Shown here: positions 30,208 through 41,000 of the stretch, piece by piece
Layout: each line of letters opens with the position of its first letter
Position numbering within the stretch: the first letter of the stretch is position 1
Source: Octopus sinensis
Taxonomy: Eukaryota
Length of the DNA: 64,000 nucleotides
NCBI RefSeq assembly: GCF_006345805.1
Contig: NC_043016.1
Location: 30,442,001-30,506,000, forward strand
Direction of reading: 5' to 3'
The notes under the pieces: model-generated
Told to the model about the DNA's origin: nothing
Databases searched by the model: none
The model's input: the letters and a program-made list of their open reading frames with translations, nothing else
Position numbers and translations under genes: made by a program

Positions 30208-33200
30208 ATATATATATATGATGGGCTTCGTTCAGTTTCTCTGTCTACCAAATCCATTCACAAGGTTTTTGGTTAGCCTAAGGCTATAATAGAAGAAACT
30301 TGCCCAAGGTGCCACACAGTGGGACTGAACCCAGAACCATGTGGTTGGGAAGTAAGCTTCTTACCGCACAGCCGCACCTGCAGCTATGCAGGAGATTTTT
30401 TTTTGTTTTTTGTTTGTTTCTTCAAAATAACATTTATTTATGTATATTATTTTCAAATAACAGAAAAAAGGAGCAGAACAAGTGTCCTCCAGTCATGAAT
30501 CTGCTTTCGCCATTGCTCTCGTTGCTGTTGGTCTGTGGCAGAATTTTCCTGAATTTGGTGATCTACTATTGGCTAACTTCTACCTCAGTTGTCCTTACAT
30601 AGTACCATACTACATACCACAACAGGACGGCCAAAGCACGGAAGAGTACCATAAGTTAGTAGATGATTTTTTTGTATATCAACTCCACCGTCATTACCAC
30701 AACCACCATCATTGTGCTCCTCCTCCTTCTCCTCATCATCATTATTATCATCATCATCATCATCCCCACTGCTACCACTGCCATGACTATGACATCAATC
30801 ATCATCACCATCCACACCCCTCATTACCACGGGGATCAGCCTCACCACTACATCTAACATCTCCACCATCATCATCATTATCGTTGTCATCATTATCATC
30901 ATCATCCCTGTCATAACCACCACCACCACCATCATCATATTACCATGATTGTTGTTGTTTTTAAACAGAAATCTTTCTCTGCTGTCAGGGATAAGGTGGG
31001 TTTGCCATGCAACATTTTCTTTTTTTTTGCCTTTTCTACTGTATGGCTCAGTACCTTGACATCTGATTTTGTTTCCACGCAAGAAACGTTGCCAGGCTCA
31101 TCACATGTCCATCCCCATCACAGTCATGTCTCCTGAACGTGTCAGCTGATTGCGTTTAAGATTTGCTTCCTATGCTAACTTGTGGTCTGCTTTTTCACAC
31201 AGAATGTGTAATGGGTGACATTTACACTTCACTCATGTCAGTGTCAGATATAACAAAAATCATCCAATACACAGTGTAAAGTGGTTGGTGTTAGCATGGG
31301 TGTCCAGCCAATGAAAACATGCCAAAGCAGACTTTGGAACTTGATGCTAGCCTCTGGTTCACCAGCTCCTGTTGTCATGTTGTAGCCATGATTGCTGTTG
31401 TCATTGTGGTGACATCACTTTACTGAAGACTGTGTCTTGGAATCTACTTGTACACTGCTTTCAGGACAATATCTGTTAATTTCCATCAACAGGTTTTTTA
31501 TTTGCTGGCAGAATTGTTAGCACACCAGGTGAAATACTTAGCGGTATTTCATCTGCTGCTACATTCTGAGTTCAAATTCTGTTGAGGTTGACTTTACCTT
31601 TCATCCTTTTGGGGTCAATAAATTAAGTACCAGTTGATTACTGGGGTTGATGTAGTCATCTATCCCCCTCTCCTAAATTTCAAGCCTTGTTCCTATAGTA
31701 GGAAGGATTATTATTATTATTAGCAGTAGTAGAATAGTGTCACATTACTGAAGATTGTCTCTTTGGATTCATGTATACCACATTACTGATAATAACATTT
31801 AACAATAGTGAAATCTGCTGTTAATAATAATAATAATAATAATCATATCATCATCATCGTTTAACGTCCGCTTTCCATAAGGAGTACTGTTCTCTCTCTA
31901 GTCATCCAATCAGGAATGACTCCTCCATTTAGGCAATACTGAAACTCTTTTCTATGAGAACTACTAAATTTCTTTAATCAATACCCTTGTACTAAATCTA
32001 GTCCTGGGCCCTTCCATTTCAGTATTCTTTCTAAACTTTAGTTATTAACACATTTGTTAGTCTTAGATCTGGGTGCTTCCAACTAATGGCTTCGTCCCTC
32101 ACTTTCTTTAACCATGCTGCATCCTCATCATGATTAACTGGCTTATCCCAAATATTACTCCAGAACTTCTTCTGCATTAGGCTTCTCATCTTCAGTACTT
32201 TCTTTTACACTATTTATTTGGCAATAAAATCTCCTCTGGTCTGTCTCAAACAATCTGTTCTGTTCAAACTGGTCTATTTTTTCTGATATCTGCAAAACTT
32301 ACCTGCTGTTGCTTTGATACACTGTTTCATCTCTTCCATGACCGTCTCAAATCTTTTCTCTTTAACTACATATTTTTTTCTCAAGAGATTCAAATATTGT
32401 TTTCTAACTTGTCCTGTTTTCAGTTTTCTATTCTACTTACATCTTCTCTTACAGTTTTCATATTATTTTCTAATCTCTTTTTCCACATCTGCTCCTTCTT
32501 ATTGTTTCCTTAAAGAATACCTAGTCTTCTTATAGCTACCATTCCTCCTGCATAGATCAATAAGTTAATGTCATCTATATTTCCAATATCAATTCTACTG
32601 ATAACAGCATCTACTTATTATTATTGCGGTGAGCTCGCAGACTTGTTAGTATGCCAGGCAAAATGCTCGGCAGCATTTCAACCATTATTACATTCTGAGT
32701 CCAAATTCTGCCAAAGTCGATTGTTGCCTTTCATCCTTTCAGGGATGAGCACTAGAGTTAGTGTAATTGATTTATCCATTCCCTGAAATTATTGGCCTTG
32801 TAAGATGGTTGGTATTAGGAAGGGTATCCAGCCGAAAAAACCCTGCCAAAACTGACAGTGAAGCAAGGTGCAGTCTTTTGGCTTTCCGGCTTCTGTCAAA
32901 CCATCCAACCCATGCCAGCATGGAAAGTGGATGTTAACTCATGATGGTGGTGGTGTGCCAAAATCTGAAACCGTCATCCTTATTATTATTCTGATATCAT
33001 AGTGAAGACTATGTCTGGATTCCTCGTACCTTATTCTGAACAACCACATCAGTTTAATTCCTCTCATTTAGCAGTAATTAGATGTGACATAATTGTTATT
33101 TATCATTATTTCTAATACTGTCATATCATACTGATGACTGTGACTTTGGATTCATTTGTACCTCATTGCTGACAATAACATCAGTCAGTTCCCCTGCAGG

Positions 33201-34670
33201 TCTTTCATTAAACTATATATTTACAGTCTGAAAGGCAGCGAGCTGGCAGAAACGTTAGCACGCCGGGCAAAATGCGTAGCCGTATTTCGTCTGCCGTTAC
33301 GTTCTGAGTTCAAATTCCGTCGAGGTCGACTTTGCCTTTCATCCTTTCGGGGTCGATAAATTAAGTACCAATTATGCACTGGGATCGATCTAATCAACTT
33401 AATCCCTCTGTCTGTCCTTGTTTGTCCTCTGTGTTTAGCCCCTTGTGGGTAGTAAAGAAATATATATATTTACAGTCTTAAAGGATGAAAATATAATTTT
33501 TTTTTCTGCCATAATATGAAGAACCCATCCCCACCCCACCACCCAGACACACACACACACACATTTACAAATAATATGTTTTAACAATTTTAACCTACTT
33601 TATTTATTTATATAGCTGAAATATAACTGTTTGTGTTTATCCTGTTCAGGTCTAACCATGACCTTGAAAAATACATTGATCTGCAATTCACCTTGATTAC
33701 AGTTTCCACTCAGCTTTCATAATGGCATGCATTAATAAAACTGAATAGCAGTCATTCAGTAAAATCATCATCATCATCATCATCGTTTAACGTCCGCTTT
33801 CCATGCTAGCATGGGTTGGACGGTTCAACTGGGGTCTGGGAAGCCCGAAGGCTGCACCAGGCCTATCAGATCTGGCAGTGTTTCTACAGCTGGATGCCCT
33901 TCCTAACGCCAACCACTCCGAGAGTGTAGTGGGTGATTTTATGTGCCACTGACACAGGTGCCAGACGAGGCTGGCGGTATATATTGACCATTTACTGATT
34001 TGCTCACTGAATTAAATTAACATTTTTGTAATAAATTTGAGAATCATTTACATTTTTTTTTTGTATGTTTAATAATCAATATAATTTCAGTCTGGCCAGG
34101 CAATGCCTACTTTACCTATACAAGTAGATCATTGTTGATATATACATAACAAAGTTGAGTTGTAAGGTACCGCACGAGTGTAATTATATACGAAAGAAGG
34201 TTTGAAAATGCAATTTTAAAAGATGTTTATTTACTTTACTGGTTTCACTCTTTAGAAAAAGATTGTCAAAAGTAACATGTAAAAGTTTGGTTGTGTTAAT
34301 TATTGGTTGTCACAAAATGCTACAATACATATATACAGTCTTTGGTAACAAGGACATGTTAAGGACATAAAAAAAGTTTAACAAGTTCATGAAAATATTG
34401 GGCACAAAAGATTCCAACATCAATATATATTCTCAAGAAAATGTTAAAGATAGTTTCCAGAAGGAATTATTAAAAAGTTCAGTGGAATATTGGTATTGTA
34501 TCTGTATATTCATACACGTACAGAATATTGGCGGTCACAAAATACTACAATACATATATACATTCTTTGGTATATATGTATTGTAGTATTTTGTGACATC
34601 CAATATTCTGTGCCACTTCCGAGGTTCCACTCGCTATGCAACATATGTAGCCTGGATTTTATCTACTCTA

Positions 34671-34754
<84 letters not shown>

Positions 34755-37700
34755 CCTCTCCCTCTCTCTCTCTCTCTCCCTGTCCATTCCTCTCATATAT
34801 ATATATATATATATATATAATATACACACGCATAAGTATGTATGGAAAGAGATCTGTGTGTGTGAGTGTATGTTAGAAAGAGAGAGATTATGTGTATATA
34901 TAAGTGCAAAAATTATAACATAAAGCCAAGCTGAAAAAAAGCAAAACCAAATGCAGAATGTATTAGTTTAATGTTGAGAAGGTAGGTGGTGGGGGGTAAA
35001 AAACCCAAATGTCTTTTTACATTTCAAGTTATTCACTCTTATTCTGAAAGAAAGAATTGACAAAGAGAGAGAGAGAAAAAGAACAGACGGCAAAATAGAG
35101 AAATAGCAACACGTGTATGTCCAGCCATCACAACATGCTGGTAAAAATAAATGTAGATGCACATGTGTTTATTTGTTTGTGTGTGTGTGTGCAGGTATGG
35201 TCCTAGGAATTTTTCAAAGGGAGGGCAAGGTTAGAAGGAAATGCAATTCCAGGAGAAAAGGGCTTAATAACTTTATTTAGAAAGGCGCATTTCTTTTATC
35301 GAGGGGTGAGGGCAAATGCCCCCCACCCCTCAGTCCTCCCAACCTTGGGTCTGCCCCCTTATGTGTGTATGCATACACAGAGGTGTAGCCTGTGGGAACA
35401 GCATTCCCCTATTTTTTCAGATCGGGGAGAAACAACATTCCTTCAGTGTTTCAAATAAACTCATCTTTGAAATTTATTGAAATTCACTCTCAAATCAAAT
35501 TCGCAAATTCGATGACTGGCACCTGTGCCAGTGGAGCGCTAAGAGCACCATCCAGGCATGATCGCTGCCACAGCAGCTGACTGGCTTCCGTGCCAGTGGC
35601 ACGTAAAAAGCACCATTCAAACCTGATCATTACCAACGTCACTTTACTGGCACTTGTGCCGGCAGGAAAAACATTCGAGCGAGGTCGTTGCCAGTGCTGC
35701 TGGACTGGCTCCTGTGCAAGTGGCAAGTAAAAAACATCACTTGAGTGTGGCCGTTGCCAGTACTGCCTAATTGGCCCTCATGCCGGTGGCATGTAAAAAA
35801 AGCACCCGCAATAGTCTCAGAGTGGTTGGCATTAGGAAGGGCATCCAGCTGTAGAAACTCTGCCAGATCAGATTGGAGCCTGGTGCAGCCGATCTGGTTC
35901 GCCAGACCTCACTCAAATCATTCAACCCATGCTAGCATGGAAAGCAGATGTTAAACAATGATGATGGTGATGATGATGATGAAAAAGAAGAAGAAAAGAA
36001 ATACGAGCTAAAGTCATTTACTGTTTCAGTTTTGTATGCTTCATCTGAAATACACAGATACCTCTTGTATATATGTGTGTGCGTGTATGTATATATATAC
36101 ATATCCAAAATTAGAGAATGGAGTAGATAAAATCCAGGCTAAATATGTTTCATAACTAGCAAAATTTCTCACATACACAGTAACCCTAGCTGCTAACTGT
36201 AAACTATAACATAACTTTTTTCAGTTTATTGAACTTCGGTATGGGAAAAATTTACAACCTTCTATATCAACAAACCACTCTTTACATGCCAGAATGGAAG
36301 GTGGATGTTAAACAATTATGATGATGATGATGATGATGATGATGATACTGCAAAAAGATATTTTCCAAAATCCAAAATGCAATTTAAAGGGAATAACATT
36401 TAAGAGTCCAGTTATTGTTGTTGTTCTGTTTTCAGTTTTGTGGTCTTGAGGTGATGATTTTTTTTTTAGCATTTGCACTCTTTGATTTTCTCAATGTTTT
36501 CTATTCAAGTGATCACTAGGTACAGAAATTATAAAGATATAAAAATATGTCATTTGTATGTGGGAATGGCATTTTCATCACACACTCTCTCTCTCTCTCT
36601 CGCTCTCTCTCACACACACACACATACACACACACACAGACCCACATGCATGAAAATGTGTGTCCAAACATCAAATACCTCCTCCATACTCCTAATCAAA
36701 GTGATTGTTTCCACAAAGGGAAGGGATGTTTTGACAGAATATGCGTGTATGTGTGTGTTTGTCTGTGTGTATGTGTGTACACTAACAATTACAAACATAC
36801 GGAGGGGGTGGGGAAACACTCAGTAGAGGGCAGTACATGAAAGCAATCTCAAAAAATTATACACAAACACACACACACACACACACAAACATGTATGTTC
36901 AATATCAAAGACACACACACACACTCGTACACACATTTGATAAGTGATTATCTCCTAAGAGAAACAAGGGAAAGAGGTGGCTCACAGAATTTATTTATGT
37001 ATATATAAAGATATATTCTTTTTTTTTTTCCTTTTTTACTTGTTTCAATCATTTGATAGCGGCCATGCTGGAGCACTGCCATTATTCGAACAAATCAACC
37101 CAGGATTTATTCTTTGTAAACCTAGGACTTATTCTATCAGACACTTTTGCCAAACCACTAAGTTACAGGGACATAAGCACACCAACATCAGTTGTCAAGC
37201 GATGGTGGTGGAGACATACACGACAGGATTCTTCCACCAACATAACATGGCAGTCCTGGTTTAGGACGAATGTTACTGTAATTTAGCCCCAGTAGACATC
37301 ATCCCCAGCTGGCTTCATGACACGATCTGTGCCCTTATATTTCCAAACAAGGGAATCTAGCTCCCTCACTCAGCTCAAAACAATATCTGTGTATCACGAT
37401 TTCCGGGTTATTTCCTTTCATCAGTGCAGAATAATTGTTCGGCTAGATGTAGCACTGTCAAATTCCTATTTGAAATATATAGTTTTCAAAGTGACAACTA
37501 GTCACTGATTTATAAATTAGAAAAAGTTAGAAAATTATTATTTGTAAATCTCACAATGAGAGATATTCAGCAACAGTACTTTCGAGTAAAGATTATTTGC
37601 CAACATAACATGGCAGTCCTAGTTCGAAAATATAAGGACACAGATCATGTCGTATAGCCAGCTGGAGACGATGTCTCCTGGGACTAAATTACAGCAACAT

Positions 37701-37986
37701 TCGTCTTAAACCAGGATTTCCATGTTATGTCAGCAAATAATCTTTACTCCAAAGTACTGTTGCTGAATATCTCTCATTGTGAGATTTACATATAGTAATT
37801 TTCTAATTTGGGATTCTTCCAGTTTTCATCTACCAAATCCACTCACAAGGCTATGGTTGGCCCAAGGCTATAGTTGAAGACACTTGCACAAGGTGTCACG
37901 CAGTGGGACTGAACCTGAAACCATGTGCCTGAGAAGCAAGCTTCTTTCCAGACAGCCACACCTTGCACCTTTATATGTATTTAAAG

Positions 37987-38044
<58 letters not shown>

Positions 38045-41000
38045 CTGAGAAGGTGTGGGTGTGTCTGTATGTGCACATCACTAAAACTCAAGAACTACCC
38101 AACTGATTTGATCATATTTTATACATGCCTTACTTAGCATCCATGCAGTGTCATGGCCAAGAAAACTTTTCAACTTCTTGCCTAATGCAATCCCAGAGCA
38201 ATCTATTATCTCTTACATTTTCACTATTATAGTTTCACTTTGTATATATATATATATAATTTTTTAATTTTTAAATTAAAAAATGTTAAAAAAATTATTT
38301 TTAATTTTTAAAAATATATTTGTAATTTTCATATTTTTATTATATTCTTAATTTTCTAGTTAATATGTCTCAGAATATGTAGTTTTAACTTTGATCCGTT
38401 AAATAATAACAATAAGATAAATAGCCTGAGGACGTGAAGGTGGATTTATATATTAGGTATAGCCTGGATAAACACACCACCTGCGCAGAAACATGTGTAG
38501 CATTCATTAAAAATATCTTCTTTCCCCACAGCTAAGTTACATTTTTTCAAATATTTTAAAAATAATTTTATTGTAGGTTTTTTAAATGCTTATATTATTT
38601 TATTATTATATTGAATATAACTTTCTATGTGTATTCCAGACAATAAGGTTGTCCTGAAATAGGGGTTGTGATTCTATTGGTAAAATCTCAAATTTGTTAT
38701 AATATATGGATATAAGACCGGAGCCTGGTGCAGCCTTCTGGCTTCCCAGATCCCCGGTCGAACCGTCCAACCCATGCTAGCATGGAGAACGGACGTTAAA
38801 CGATGATGATGATGATGATGATATATTTTATAGCCTCAGGTTAACCAAAGGCTTATGAATGGATTTCATACATGGAGACTGAAAGAAGACTGTTGTATAT
38901 ATGTGTATATTTGTGTGTGTGTGTGTCTGTGTTTGTACCCCTACCATTGCTTGACAACCGATGTTGCTATGTTTATGTTCCCATAACTTAGTGATTCAGC
39001 AAAAGACACTGATAGAATAAGTACTAAGCTTACACTGAATAAATCCAAATGCCTAAATGACCATACCGTACATTTCCACAATACCCCTTAGGTAATCCCA
39101 ATAACTTTATAAATCTACATTCTAACTCCTAACCCCTATCTAATTCCTCACTCATACTCGAATATCACAACCATCTAATTATATTTGTGTGTATTTGCAT
39201 CCATCCATATGCTCATATATATATATGTATGAGCGAGTATATGTATGTATGTATGTGAGTATGTGTGAATGTACGTATGTATGCAAGGTATATATACCTG
39301 CCTATACTGGGGCGATAATGCATGCAGATGCACATATATGTGGGTGCGCATGTGTGTGTATACATACGAGTAAGAGTTGTGTGTGTAGATATTGATATGT
39401 ATAAGCATACTCTCTCTTTTACTCTTTTACTTGTTTCAGGCATTTGACTGCGGCCATGCTATAGCACCGCCTTTTATCGAGCAGCTCGACCCCGGGACTT
39501 ATTCTTTTGTAAGCCCAGTACTTATTCTATCGGTCTCTTTTGCCGAACCGCTAAGTAACGGGGACATAAACACACCAGCATCGGTTGTCAAGCAATGCTA
39601 GGGGGACAAACACAGACACACACACACTCATATATATATATATATATACATATATACAACAGGCTTCTTTCAGTTTCCGTCTACCAAATCCACTCACAGG
39701 GCTTTGGTCGGCCCGAGGCTATAGTAGAAGACACTTGCCCAAGGTGCCACACATCTGTATAAATATATATATACATGTCTATCTTCACATATATATTTTC
39801 TTATATTACTAAGCACTGACCTGCCAAACCATCTAAATTCCTGAAGTCTTTATTCTTTACTACTAACCCTCTCTCTGCCCCATCACTTAGACTCTATCAC
39901 TACACATTTGTCACTCCTTTACTTTTTATCATCCCCCATTCCTTTTATCTTTTTACACTTTAATACCTTTCTCTCTCTATCACCCTTTATCTCCCCACTC
40001 CTGCTTTCAAATTTTTCCACTGACCACTAACTGGTACACTTTCCCTTATCTATATCTTTGTTTTTTTTTTCTTTTTCCTTTCTTTCCTTTACTCCTCTCT
40101 TCTTGTTTCTTATTTTCTTCTCTTTTTTATCTCTTTTTTCTCTCCTTTTTCTCTTTCTTTATTCTTCTCTTCCTGTTTTCCATCTGACTCTACTAATACA
40201 CTCCCTATTTTTAGGTCACTTTAAATAAAACCCTTGATTCAATAACACTTTGTATATGGGTCTCATTAGATACATCTATACATAAAGGTTATATATATAT
40301 CATTGTCATCACTTTACAGCCATTCCCTTGCTGGCATGGGTTAGACAGTTTGACAAGAGCTAGCAAGTCAGTGGACTGTGCCAAGCTCCAATGTCTCCTT
40401 TGGCTTGGTTTCTGCAGTTGGATCCCCTTTCCTAACACTAACCACTTTACAGAGTGTACTGGGTGTTTCCCATGCTGTATGGGTTTGCTGTGTTTGCATT
40501 GCTTCTCCCACCACCCATCTGAATAAAACTTTCAAACTGTGGCCACACTCACTTCTTTGTTGTAGCACTACATATGTATGTATGTACATACATACAAACA
40601 TACATACATCACTTAATGCCCGTTTTCCTTGCTGGCATGGATTGGACAGTTTGACCAGAGCTGGCAAGCTGGAGAGCTTTACAAGGTTCCAATCTGATTT
40701 GGCTTGGTTTCCACAACTGGATGCCCTTCCTAATGCCAACCACTTTACAGAGTGTACTGAGTGCTTTTTAAGTGGTACCAGCACAGATGCTATTTATGTG
40801 GATTGGCATAGTTACTTTTTACATGAACCAATACGGGTGTTCCATATGTGGACTGGCATAAGTACTTTTTACATGGACCAGCATCGGTGCTTTTTACGTG
40901 GTCCTGAACGGGTGCTTTGTTCATGGTCCAGCACAGGTGTGTTTTGCATGGACCAAGCATGGATGCTTTTTATGTGGACCAGCATAGGTGCTTTTACATG

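Noticed and set aside
30655-30916. His-rich extension of ORF 30482..30916 as a read-through GLE1 isoform
   Set aside because: The extension is (CAT)/(CAC) microsatellite in the intron after the gttagt donor; no support for retention
31409-33190. Hammerhead interpretation of the CTGA(A/T)GA-containing fourfold motif
   Set aside because: No downstream stem II or GAAA, so the ribozyme core cannot form; kept only as an unexplained repeat
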